From the NCBI GenBank assembly GCA_003131625.1, contig PKVY01000103.1, positions 25,365 to 89,364 of the forward strand: a DNA stretch of 64,000 bases, written 5' to 3'. Under the pieces are notes generated by a model, which worked only from the letters and a program-made list of their open reading frames with translations, did no database searches and was not told the DNA's origin. Each line of letters opens with the position of its first letter. Position 1 is the stretch's first letter. Source of the DNA: Acidobacterium sp. (GTDB taxonomy: Bacteria > Acidobacteriota > Terriglobia > Terriglobales > Acidobacteriaceae). Shown piece after piece: positions 8,389-17,336 of this stretch. The position numbers and the translations under genes are program-made.

Positions 8389-10791
8389 TTACTGCGAGGC
8401 CTGCTGGGGGATGCTGTGAATTGTAGTCAGCAGAATGCCCCAGTTGGTAGGGACCTGGCCGGGATTTCCGCGGGTCCCGCTGCTGGTATTGCTCAGCAGT
8501 TGTTCCAGCGGCGATTGCTCGCCGCCGCGCGAGCGCGAGACGCCCTCGAAGTTGAGCACAAAAGGATCGGACAACGGCTGCGCGGTGCTCAGGAGAACGA
8601 AGGTATCCGTGCCGAAAGGCGCTCCGATTTTGAGGGCAGGCGCGCCCGGGATCAGAAACTGATTGCCGGTATCGGATTCGTTGGGAAACTGGTTTCCCGA
8701 ATTTCCCCTGGGATACAGGACCGTGCCCTGACCATGGCAATCGATGTCGAGGACGTAGACCCAGCGCTTCTCGGTGACCTGGCCGTTTGCCCGCAAGGCC
8801 ATTCTCAGCTGATCGCCTTCGTGCAGCACCTGACCGGGGGCGAGCGGCGATCCGCCGGAATACGGAACCAGAGCCAGCGAATAGTAGTACCCACGAGAAG
8901 CGTCGGCGGGACTGTTAGCCATCTGGAGCCAGCCATGCACTTTGGCCAGCAGCGACGCATAGCGATTCAACGCGGCCGCGCCTTTTTCCATCGCGCTCAC
9001 GTCGGGCATCGCGACCCAGTCGCTGCGGACGGGATATTGCGATGTCGCAGAGCAGCCAGGAGTGAGATGGTTGGGGTTGGGTGGGGGCGGACCGGCGGCG
9101 AGCTCATTCTTGTGGAACCACGCCCACGCTGGCCCACTGGGGGTGAGAACGCCGGTCAACGCGTATTCCGCACTTGCGAGCGTCGCAACTGTTTGCACAG
9201 CGCTGTTGGGATCGGGCGGAAGAAGCTGCGCAACAAGTTCACGCGATGGCGGGAGGTTGACCCAAAGCTTTGCGCCGGCGGGAATCTTTTTTCGCAGGGC
9301 CGCTGCTGTGAGGGTGGCGCCCAGCGGTGCGGGCAAAGGCGCGCCGGCCTGTTGCAGCGTCCAGTTTGTGCCATCCCAACTGAGGATGTGGGTCCATTGT
9401 TCGGCGGCCGGATCGGAGACGGAGACCATGCCGGCAGCCTGAATTTGCGCGGCGGCTGCGAGGATGTCCGCCTGCGCCAGGGTTGCCGGCCAGTGCCAGA
9501 CGCTCAGCGGCGCCGACTGCGCGGGGCTCCACTTCGTCATCTCGAATATGTCGCCGGAGCTCACCTTAGCGCCCTGAGGACTGACGACTTCGGCTACCGA
9601 GCGGGCGATGCCCTCGAGTGCGGTGACGCGCAACTGGACTTTCTGGCCGTCGCTGTTGGGGAGCGTCGCGGTGAATTCGCTGCCAACGCCGACGCCGGAG
9701 ACGCGGCCGACGTCGAGCCACACTGCGCCGCTATTGCTGGTTCCGAGCGCGGCGGTGCGAATCTTGTCGGAGGCTGTCGCCGCTCCACCGAAGAGTGGCT
9801 GCTCGCGACGCTGAGCTGTGGCGTCGAGGTCCGGGTCCTCGTCGGGAACGTCTTCGTTTTGGATCACGGCTCTGACTCGCTGATAGACGACGGCGGCTGG
9901 CGCATCGGCGGGCAGAACCTGCAGCGCCTCGACCAGCGCAGCGGTGAAAGCACCGTGGGGCTCCGTCGGCGGGACGGTGTCGGGAGTCTCCTTGGCACTC
10001 TGGTCCTGCTGGACGGCGGAAAGCACCAGCGCAGGGTTATCCTTCCGTTCCGTGGGCGCGGGTGGCGGATCGCCGCTGGGGAGCAGGACCGGGGCTTCGG
10101 CGACGTCGCGTGGGTCGAAGGGCAGGTCCCGCTGGCGATACTTTGGCTCGATGCCGCGACTAATACCGCCGCTGTGGCAATTGTCGAGGATCACGGTGAG
10201 GTGAATTCCCTTGTCCAGCGCGGCGTTGAAGATGTGGGTCATTTCACGATCGCGAACGTCGTAGCCGCCTTTGTACGCGTCGGACGGAACTAAGGTGCTG
10301 TCGGCAGGCACGTACTTGCCGTTGACCAGCACAGTGAGCTTGGTTCCTTTGCTGTTGATGCGGAGCGATCCGTGGCTGGCGGCATAGAAGACGACGGTGT
10401 CACCGGAGTGGGGAACGTCGACGAGGTACTTCTGCATCGCCGCGAGAATACCGTCGCGCGTGGTCTGCCCGGCGGGCAGGATCGTCTCGCTAGCGCCGGG
10501 ATGAGGCGGCGCCGGATTGGTGAGCAGCACCACCTGGTTCGATGGGAACCCAAACTTGGGGCTGGTGAGAACGTCCGCCATGGACTGCGCGTCGTTGACG
10601 GCGCCGTCGAGATTCTCGAAATAGCCCAGTTCGCAGCGGCCGTAAGTGCAGCCATCGGGATGCTGTGCCCTGGTGCCGGCGGGTTCGTAGGTGTTAATGC
10701 CGATCAGGAGCGCACGCTTCGTCTGCGCTGGTCCCGGTGTTCCGCACAGCACGCAGAGCCAGACGAAGGCAGCAGCAAAGGTGGACTTCAT
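8389..10791 (-). CDS. exported caspase-family (peptidase C14) protein with DUF4384-like C-terminal domain
   Basis: Signal peptide 'FVWLCVLCGTPGPAQT'. Also 'RALLIGINTY', catalytic 'FYAASHGS' and 'VILDNCHSGG'. The C-terminal 'VYVLDIDCHGQGTVLYP...FVLLST' is DUF4384-like. GGAG lies 7 nt before the ATG. Confidence 0.8.
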   Translation of the reverse strand: MKSTFAAAFVWLCVLCGTPGPAQTKRALLIGINTYEPAGTRAQHPDGCTYGRCELGYFENLDGAVNDAQSMADVLTSPKFGFPSNQVVLLTNPAPPHPGASETILPAGQTTRDGILAAMQKYLVDVPHSGDTVVFYAASHGSLRINSKGTKLTVLVNGKYVPADSTLVPSDAYKGGYDVRDREMTHIFNAALDKGIHLTVILDNCHSGGISRGIEPKYRQRDLPFDPRDVAEAPVLLPSGDPPPAPTERKDNPALVLSAVQQDQSAKETPDTVPPTEPHGAFTAALVEALQVLPADAPAAVVYQRVRAVIQNEDVPDEDPDLDATAQRREQPLFGGAATASDKIRTAALGTSNSGAVWLDVGRVSGVGVGSEFTATLPNSDGQKVQLRVTALEGIARSVAEVVSPQGAKVSSGDIFEMTKWSPAQSAPLSVWHWPATLAQADILAAAAQIQAAGMVSVSDPAAEQWTHILSWDGTNWTLQQAGAPLPAPLGATLTAAALRKKIPAGAKLWVNLPPSRELVAQLLPPDPNSAVQTVATLASAEYALTGVLTPSGPAWAWFHKNELAAGPPPPNPNHLTPGCSATSQYPVRSDWVAMPDVSAMEKGAAALNRYASLLAKVHGWLQMANSPADASRGYYYSLALVPYSGGSPLAPGQVLHEGDQLRMALRANGQVTEKRWVYVLDIDCHGQGTVLYPRGNSGNQFPNESDTGNQFLIPGAPALKIGAPFGTDTFVLLSTAQPLSDPFVLNFEGVSRSRGGEQSPLEQLLSNTSSGTRGNPGQVPTNWGILLTTIHSIPQQASQ

Positions 10792-10958
10792 ACACGCTCC
10801 GAAAGAAAAACTCCCACCGAGTATAGCGGGTGAGCGGCTCGGGTCGGACAGGTGGCCTGGGGAGCGGGCCGCATAGTTGTCTGTGACAGGTTTTGGCCCG
10901 ATTCGGTGCGGATTGAATCGTAATATGGAATGGTTGGAGGATCTGGTCAGGATTCCCT

Positions 10959-11933
10959 GTGGGTTCGATTTCTGAAATTCACATTGTCGATTCTCATACG
11001 GCGGGCGAGCCGACCCGCGTCATCGTCGCCGGAGGACCGGAGCTGGGCAATGGGCCGTTCGCGGAGCGCCTGCGCCGGTTTGCCGCCGAGCACGACGATT
11101 TTCGCTCGGCCGTGGTGAATGAACCGCGCGGTTCCGATGTGCTGGTGGGGGCCCTGCTGGTGGAGCCAGTGGATGCGGCGTGCATTGCCGGCGTCATTTT
11201 CTTCAACAACGTCGGGTATCTGGGCATGTGCGGCCACGGCGCGATTGGTTTGGTGACGACGCTCGCGCATCTCGGCCGTGTCGAGCCGGGCGAGCACAGA
11301 ATTGAAACGCCGGTGGGCGTGGTGCGTGCGATGCTGCACAACGATGGGCGCGTAACGGTGGAGAACGTCCCAAGCTATCGCTGCCGGAAGGGGATCGCGG
11401 TTGAAGTTGCGGGATTCGGCGAGGTGACCGGCGACGTGGCGTGGGGCGGGAACTGGTTTTTCCTGACGGAGGACGCGCCCATGCCCCTGACGCTGGAGAA
11501 TCGTGAGGCGCTGACGGGCTTCGCGATGGCGGTCAAGGCGGCGCTGAACGCGCAGGAGATCACGGGGGCCGACGGGAGTGAGATCGACCATATTGAGGTC
11601 TTCTCCCCATCGACCGTGTCCGGAAACGACAGCAGAAATTTTGTCCTGTGCCCAGGTAACGCGTACGACCGCTCGCCTTGCGGAACCGGTACGAGCGCGA
11701 AGCTGGCCTGCCTTGCGGCAGACGGCAAACTCGCGCAGGGCCAGGTGTGGCGGCAGGAGGGAATCCTGGGGACGGTCTTTGAAGGCAGCTATCGGATCGG
11801 GGACGGCCCGCAGACCCAGGTAATTCCCAGCATCACCGGCTCGGCGTACATCACGGGGGAAGGCCGGCTGTTGTTACAGGAGGATGACCCGTTCCGCGTG
11901 GGGATTCAGGCGCCGAAGTCGGCGAGGTCATGA
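10959..11933 (+). CDS. proline racemase family protein, 4-hydroxyproline 2-epimerase-like
   Basis: '[14 protein letters not shown]' plus both catalytic Cys contexts, 'LGMCGHG' and '[12 protein letters not shown]'. GTG start. Confidence 0.8.
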   Translation: MGSISEIHIVDSHTAGEPTRVIVAGGPELGNGPFAERLRRFAAEHDDFRSAVVNEPRGSDVLVGALLVEPVDAACIAGVIFFNNVGYLGMCGHGAIGLVTTLAHLGRVEPGEHRIETPVGVVRAMLHNDGRVTVENVPSYRCRKGIAVEVAGFGEVTGDVAWGGNWFFLTEDAPMPLTLENREALTGFAMAVKAALNAQEITGADGSEIDHIEVFSPSTVSGNDSRNFVLCPGNAYDRSPCGTGTSAKLACLAADGKLAQGQVWRQEGILGTVFEGSYRIGDGPQTQVIPSITGSAYITGEGRLLLQEDDPFRVGIQAPKSARS

Positions 11934-12459
11934 CTCCGTAAGCTCAGCATTTCTGCAATCGCGGAAGCGCTGCGACGAATGCCCCGGTCTACGGGTGACT
12001 CGCCAGAAAAACGCCCGTGCGATGAAACGCCGAGGCCGGCCCGCGCACTATGCTCCCAGAGAAAGTCGTCGTGCCAACCAGCATCGGCGAATCCCTAACC
12101 GCGGTACCCATCTCAGACCCACGAGGATGGGGACCGCAATCGGAGCGTGCGATGGCGCGGCTGACACTGTGGAACTTCCCCGGATCGCTGATTCACCTGT
12201 ATTCCTCTTTCTGCCCTGAGTTCGCTCTTCCCCTGTCCCTCTGGCTGAGTTGCGGCTGGATCGGACTCCGCCTCCACGTGCAGGCTGAGCTGGCCGCAGC
12301 CGGCCTGCTGTGGAGAGTGATGCCCGAAGAGTACAGGTCGACGATATGAGTCTCGAATTGGTTCGCAACAACGCAGGCCTGTCGCGTGCTCCCGGTGCGC
12401 AGAGGCACGTCCGCCCTCCGTCGGTCGATCACAAGCTCAATGCGCGCCCGACGCCGATG

Positions 12460-13080
12460 CTATACTCGCGTCCTCCCGGGTTTGCGAGGACTTCTTTGCA
12501 GTTTTTTGCGTTCGATGCAGGCTATATCGAAGGTCTCTGCGCAGGGGACCCTCGCACGCAGGAGCACTTTGTCGGTTATTTCACCCAGCTGCTCCACCTG
12601 AAACTCCGCTCGCGGCTCAAATCCTCGCAGGCCATCGAAGATGTGCGCCAGGAGACCTTTGTCCGCGTGCTGGCGACCCTGCGCAAAGAGAACGGACTGC
12701 GCCAGCCGGAACGCTTTGGCGCGTTCGTCAACACGGTCTGCAACAACGTGCTCTTCGAGCACTACCGCGCGTCCTCGCGCAGCGAATCCCTCGATGAGGA
12801 CGACCGGCCGGAGCTGCCGGCAACCGGAGCCAACGCGCACGACATCGCCGCGACGCGACAGCTTGGGGAAAAGGTGAGGGAGATTCTGGCCGAGATGCCG
12901 GCGAAGGATCGGTCGCTGCTGAAGGCGATTTTTCTGGACGAAAAAGATCGGGATGAGGTTTGCCGCGAGTTCGGTGTGGATGGGGAATATCTTCGGGTCC
13001 TGCTGTTCCGGGCCAAGAAGAACTTCAAGGCCGAGTACGTGAAACGAATGGGCGGAGATTCCAATGGTGCGATTCGCTGA
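12460..13080 (+). CDS. ECF-type RNA polymerase sigma-70 factor
   Basis: Region 2 'IEDVRQETFVRVL...FGAFVNTVCNNVLFEHYR' and region 4 'LPAKDRSLLKAIFLDEKDRDEVCREFGV'. Start is uncertain: in-frame alternatives at 12310 (GTG) and 12346 (ATG). Confidence 0.75.
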   Translation, partial: LYSRPPGFARTSLQFFAFDAGYIEGLCAGDPRTQEHFVGYFTQLLHLKLRSRLKSSQAIEDVRQETFVRVLATLRKENGLRQPERFGAFVNTVCNNVLFEHYRASSRSESLDEDDRPELPATGANAHDIAATRQLGEKVREILAEMPAKDRSLLKAIFLDEKDRDEVCREFGVDGEYLRVLLFRAKKNFKAEYVKRMGGDSNGAIR

Positions 13081-13136
13081 AACGTTTCACCGAGCCGAGT
13101 CACTACTAGTCAGAGCAGGAATTGGAGTCCGCGCCC

Positions 13137-13817
13137 ATGAATCATAGCGAAGCAGTTCAGATGATGGCGACCGAGCGGTACCTCCTGGGAGAGTTGTCCC
13201 CCGAATTGCGGGAGGCTTTTGAAGAGCACTACTTTGACTGTCAGGAGTGCGCGCTCGACCTTCGCGCCGAGGCGGCGTTTGTTGACGCGGCCAAAGTGCA
13301 GTTGCCGAACATGGCGACCTCGCCGGCAGCTTCTCCTGCGCCGAGGAAGCGCGAGTGGTTCGCGTGGTTGCGCCCGGCCATGGCCGTTCCCGCCTTCGCC
13401 CTGCTGCTCATCGTGATCGGATACCAGAACATCGCCACGATTCCGTCACTGCGCTCGGCGGCGTCCAGTCCGCGGCTGGCGCCCTGGGCGACGCTTCACG
13501 CTGGAACTCGAGCCGGTGCTCACCTGCCGGTCGTGGCGGACCGCAAATCCGGCGCGGTGCTCCTCATCGATGTTCCCAACGACGGCGCTTACGCTTCGTT
13601 TGCCTTCGATCTGGAGGATCCGCAGGGGAAAAAGTTCTGGTCCCAGACCATCAGCGCCCCCTCGGAAACGGGCGGCGCGGCCGGCACGCTCTCTCTTCTG
13701 ATCCCAGGAATGGGCTTGCAGCCAGGCTCGTATACGCTTACTATCTCGGGCATCACCCCTCAGGGCAGCCGGACCCAGGTGGACCGGCGGATCCTTGATG
13801 TTCGCTTTGACGAGTAG
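13137..13817 (+). CDS. anti-sigma factor (zf-HC2 N-terminus, one TM helix, extracytoplasmic C-terminal domain)
   Basis: 'LLGELSPELREAFEEHYFDCQECALDL' is the zf-HC2 pattern. TM helix 'AMAVPAFALLLIVIGY'. Lies 56 nt after the sigma gene. Confidence 0.65.
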   Translation: MNHSEAVQMMATERYLLGELSPELREAFEEHYFDCQECALDLRAEAAFVDAAKVQLPNMATSPAASPAPRKREWFAWLRPAMAVPAFALLLIVIGYQNIATIPSLRSAASSPRLAPWATLHAGTRAGAHLPVVADRKSGAVLLIDVPNDGAYASFAFDLEDPQGKKFWSQTISAPSETGGAAGTLSLLIPGMGLQPGSYTLTISGITPQGSRTQVDRRILDVRFDE

Positions 13818-13852
13818 TACCCACTCCCCCCGGAAAGTGAGCAAGTACGGCC

Positions 13853-14704
13853 ATGCCTGGCGATAAACCCCACCCGGAACACGAATATCACGCGGAAGCG
13901 CACGCCCTTTCGGGCCATCTGCACCATCCTGTTGAGCAGCCCATCAAGCCCCAGGCCTTCGTCCGCCTTGAGAAATATGGTGGCTATCTCTCGGAGCGGG
14001 CTCGCGATTATCGTCTGGAGGGTGTTTTCTCTTTCCGGCATTCCTATACGCAGGTGGCCGGCAACCGCGACCAAAAGAAGGACCACGGCTTCAACACGCT
14101 GGCGACTGCGGTCATCGAAGGCTTCAACGTCCTCGACGTGGTTACTGCGGACCGCATCGTGTCGCAAATTTCCACCGACCATCCCCTCGTGGGCTATGTG
14201 CCCACAGTCACTTTTCTCGGCACGCGCTTTGAAAACCTGCGCATCGCCGGCAAAGAAGTGGATGTCGACCTGGACCTCGATTTCCTGGGACCAAAACCAA
14301 CGAAGGACGCTCCGTATCTCAAGGACGCCGGATTCCGCGCGCGCGTCGAGAAGCAATACGCGGGCATCCGGGGACAGAACCTTCCCCCCGCGATCCTCGG
14401 ACGCTACAATCAACTCCCATCGGATTCCAAACCTGAGGCATCTCTCGAATGCTCGCTGGTCAGCAAGGCGGAGCCATCTCGTTTTGGGCGGCCTTGCGGC
14501 CACGTTATCGAAATTCCGGGCTTTGGGCGGATCCTTCTGGCCGTGTTGCGTATCGAGCACTGGGATCCCAACAAAAAGACGGGCATCCCGATGCGGACCA
14601 AAATCAGCCTGACCATGCTGGAGATCGAGATGGGCTGCATCGGGCACGGGAACGCAGCGGCGGGGAACACCATCGTCAACGGAGCTGGAAAGGGCGGAGG
14701 ATAG
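13853..14704 (+). CDS. hypothetical protein (283 aa), no recognisable domain
   Basis: Long ORF 35 nt after the anti-sigma gene with coding-like composition. 7 His in the first 25 residues. Ends in 'NGAGKGGG'. No signal peptide or TM helix seen. Confidence 0.6.
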   Translation: MPGDKPHPEHEYHAEAHALSGHLHHPVEQPIKPQAFVRLEKYGGYLSERARDYRLEGVFSFRHSYTQVAGNRDQKKDHGFNTLATAVIEGFNVLDVVTADRIVSQISTDHPLVGYVPTVTFLGTRFENLRIAGKEVDVDLDLDFLGPKPTKDAPYLKDAGFRARVEKQYAGIRGQNLPPAILGRYNQLPSDSKPEASLECSLVSKAEPSRFGRPCGHVIEIPGFGRILLAVLRIEHWDPNKKTGIPMRTKISLTMLEIEMGCIGHGNAAAGNTIVNGAGKGGG

Positions 14705-14793
14705 TCGGGATTGTCGCTTCCCTTGTTGTAACCGCATCATGCATAGGTGACCGTGCGCTCTCCGTTGAAGAGGAATATGACCGTACGACGCTG

Positions 14794-17163
14794 ATGTTTC
14801 AACACGGTGAGCTAGCCGCTAGCCAGGAAGTTGCCGGCGAGTTAGCAGACCGATACCACGCCACGAGTCCGGAGTGGTTCGTAAAGTTCAGAATCCTTGA
14901 GGCTCAGTCGGCCTCGTGGCGCGGGTTGAGCCAGCAGGTCCTTGATATCCTCCCCGATGACCTCCCATCCTCAACCGACCGCGACCTTCAAGTACGCAGA
15001 TTGTCCCTCCTCGCCGGGGCAAATACTTACCTGCACAAATATGCAGCCGCAAGACAATACCTCGCGGAAGCCGATGCATTCTGTCCCTCGATGGGTCGCG
15101 CTGTTTGCAGCCACGTCCTCGATGCCCATTGGACCCTTGCCATTGAGCGAGGCCAATACGAGCAAGCTTCACATTTTGGTCTACAGGAACTGTCCATTGC
15201 TCGCGAATTCAGACAGCCATTTGACGAGGCGAGAGCGTTGGCCAATCTCGCGAACACTAACCTATATGTGGAGCACTTTGACGAAACCATCGACTGGCTG
15301 AATGCCTCGAATCGGATTGCGGCGTCCCTGGGCGCTGACGACATCCTTCTCACCAACATCGGCAACCTGGGTTGGGCTTATTACAGTCTCGGTGACCGAG
15401 TTCGCGCCTTAGCCTTGCTCCAGGATGCAGAGCGAAGAGCAGTGGCTCTGGGGGATGTGCGTGAGGCTATCATCTGGCTCACGACCACCGCCTATGTTTT
15501 CCAGGATGGCGGCGAATGGTTGCGGGCTGAAGACTCATATCGCCGAGCCCTCGCTGCCGCAAACGAAATCAACAGCAGCGAAGACATCATTAACTCCCTG
15601 GAGAGCCTGGCCCACATTTCCATCGAGCTCAATCAACTCAGCGACGCCGACAGCTACCTCCGCCAACTTGACCCCCTGATCCGCGCTAATGGCAACCGTC
15701 TCGACGCGCTCGACGTCCTGCTGGCGCAGGGGCGCATCGCCGCGGCGCGGCGTCAGGATCAGCAGGCGGAGGCGCTCTTTCGCCAGGTCGAGGCCGATCC
15801 GGCCAGCCAGATCACCATGCGCCTCGACGCGGAGCACGAGCTGGCCCGGCTCTTCGAACAACAAGGCCGCATCGACGACGCGAAGAAGATGTACGCGACC
15901 GCGTTGGCCACCTTTGAGTCGGCGCGGGCGAAGATCAAAAACGAAGATTCGAAACTTCCTTACTTCGCGAACGCCACGCCTATCTACGACGATTACATTC
16001 GTCTGCTGATATCGCAGGGCAAAGAAGAAGCAGCGCTCGCCGCCGCCGACCAAAGCCGCGCCCGCACCCTCGAGCAGGGGCTTGGGGTGACGGTCGGGAG
16101 CAAATCCATCCAGGCGGCCTCTCTGCATCCCGGAGCGATCGCGTCCCGAGCCGACGCGACGCTGCTCTTTTACTGGCTGGGAGAAAACAAGTCCTGGCTC
16201 TGGGCCATCACGCGGAAGAAGACCACCGTCTTCCCCCTGCCCGCCAAAGCCGAGATCACGCGCATCGTCGAACGCTACCGCCAGGCGCTGCTGGGACCGG
16301 AAGATCCGCTCACCTCCGCCAACCCAGACGGCCTCGCGCTCTATCGCATCCTCGTCGCACCGGCAAAGAGCGCGCTGCCACCCAATGCGAAGGTGGTCAT
16401 CCTCTGCGACGGCGTTCTCAGCCAACTCAACTTCGAAACCCTTCTGACCGATACGACCAAGCCTCACTACTGGATCGAAGACGCGGACATCGTCTCCGCG
16501 CCGTCGCTGCTGATGCTGGCCGCCTCGAAGCCTTCGCACGACACCAGCCGCAAACTCCTCCTGCTGGGCGACGCCGTTTCCCCGGGCCCCGACTATCCCG
16601 AACTACCCAACGCCTCCGTCGAGATGCAACAAATCCGCCGGCATTTTCAGCCCCAGGACGAAACCGTCTACGCGCGGCAGCAGGCGAGCGCCGCCTCGTA
16701 CCTGGATAGCGCGCCGCAGCGCTATTCCTACATCGATTTCGTCGCGCACGGTGTGGCCAGCCGCACCGATCCGCTCGATTCGGCCATCATCCTCTCGCGC
16801 ACTTCCGGCGGAGAGGATTCGTTTAAACTCTATGCGCGCGACATCATGCTGCACCCCATCGACGCGCGTCTGGTCACCATTGCAGCCTGTTATGGCGGCG
16901 GGACGCGTACCTATGCGGGCGAAGGTCTGGTCGGACTCTCGTGGGCGTTCCTGCGCGCCGGCGCGCACAACGTGATCGGCGCGCTCTGGGAGGTCAGCGA
17001 CGAATCCTCGCCGCGCCTGATGGACGCCCTCTACAGCGGGCTCGAAAAGGGTCTGCCGCCGAGCGCCGCTCTGCGCCAGGCGAAGCTCTCCCTGCTGCAT
17101 GCCCCAGGGGATTTTCGCAGGCCCTTTTTCTGGGCCTCCTTCCAGCTGTACACCGGTATGTAG
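14794..17163 (+). CDS. TPR-repeat protein with C-terminal CHAT (caspase-fold) protease domain
   Basis: TPR-like helical repeats, then 'YIDFVAHGVAS' (His) and 'LVTIAACYGGG...GALWEVSD' (Cys). The frame is open from 14449, but the first non-overlapping canonical start is ATG 14794 (see finding). Confidence 0.75.
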   Translation: MFQHGELAASQEVAGELADRYHATSPEWFVKFRILEAQSASWRGLSQQVLDILPDDLPSSTDRDLQVRRLSLLAGANTYLHKYAAARQYLAEADAFCPSMGRAVCSHVLDAHWTLAIERGQYEQASHFGLQELSIAREFRQPFDEARALANLANTNLYVEHFDETIDWLNASNRIAASLGADDILLTNIGNLGWAYYSLGDRVRALALLQDAERRAVALGDVREAIIWLTTTAYVFQDGGEWLRAEDSYRRALAAANEINSSEDIINSLESLAHISIELNQLSDADSYLRQLDPLIRANGNRLDALDVLLAQGRIAAARRQDQQAEALFRQVEADPASQITMRLDAEHELARLFEQQGRIDDAKKMYATALATFESARAKIKNEDSKLPYFANATPIYDDYIRLLISQGKEEAALAAADQSRARTLEQGLGVTVGSKSIQAASLHPGAIASRADATLLFYWLGENKSWLWAITRKKTTVFPLPAKAEITRIVERYRQALLGPEDPLTSANPDGLALYRILVAPAKSALPPNAKVVILCDGVLSQLNFETLLTDTTKPHYWIEDADIVSAPSLLMLAASKPSHDTSRKLLLLGDAVSPGPDYPELPNASVEMQQIRRHFQPQDETVYARQQASAASYLDSAPQRYSYIDFVAHGVASRTDPLDSAIILSRTSGGEDSFKLYARDIMLHPIDARLVTIAACYGGGTRTYAGEGLVGLSWAFLRAGAHNVIGALWEVSDESSPRLMDALYSGLEKGLPPSAALRQAKLSLLHAPGDFRRPFFWASFQLYTGM

Positions 17164-17336
17164 CGTCATTCATCCGCGCCCATTGCGGGAGCGAATCCCT
17201 TCTCCGTGAATTTCTCAAGATGTCTGATACGAAAGTGCCAGGCGCAGCACTACTCCCCAGTGCGACGTGAGGCGCGGTCCCCATCCCGCTCGACCCTTCG
17301 GCCCCTCAACGCCAAAAGTCGCCGCGAAGGAGCAGC

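Noticed and set aside
12171-12200. ECF-type promoter (GGAAC...CGT) upstream of the sigma gene
   Set aside because: GGAACTT is present at 12171, but I found no CGT-type -10 element at the expected 16-17-nt spacing. That is too weak to call.
13853-14704. Calling the 283-aa protein a bacterial gasdermin outright
   Set aside because: Only the gene context and size are suggestive. I recognise no gasdermin sequence feature (for example, no N-terminal Cys) and cannot run a structure or HMM comparison. It is reported only as a hypothesis.
14449-14793. Using ATG 14449 as the CHAT gene start
   Set aside because: It would overlap the upstream gene by 256 nt in another frame, and the overlapped peptide is Arg/His/Gly-rich junk-like sequence. 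The anomaly is retained as a finding rather than a call.
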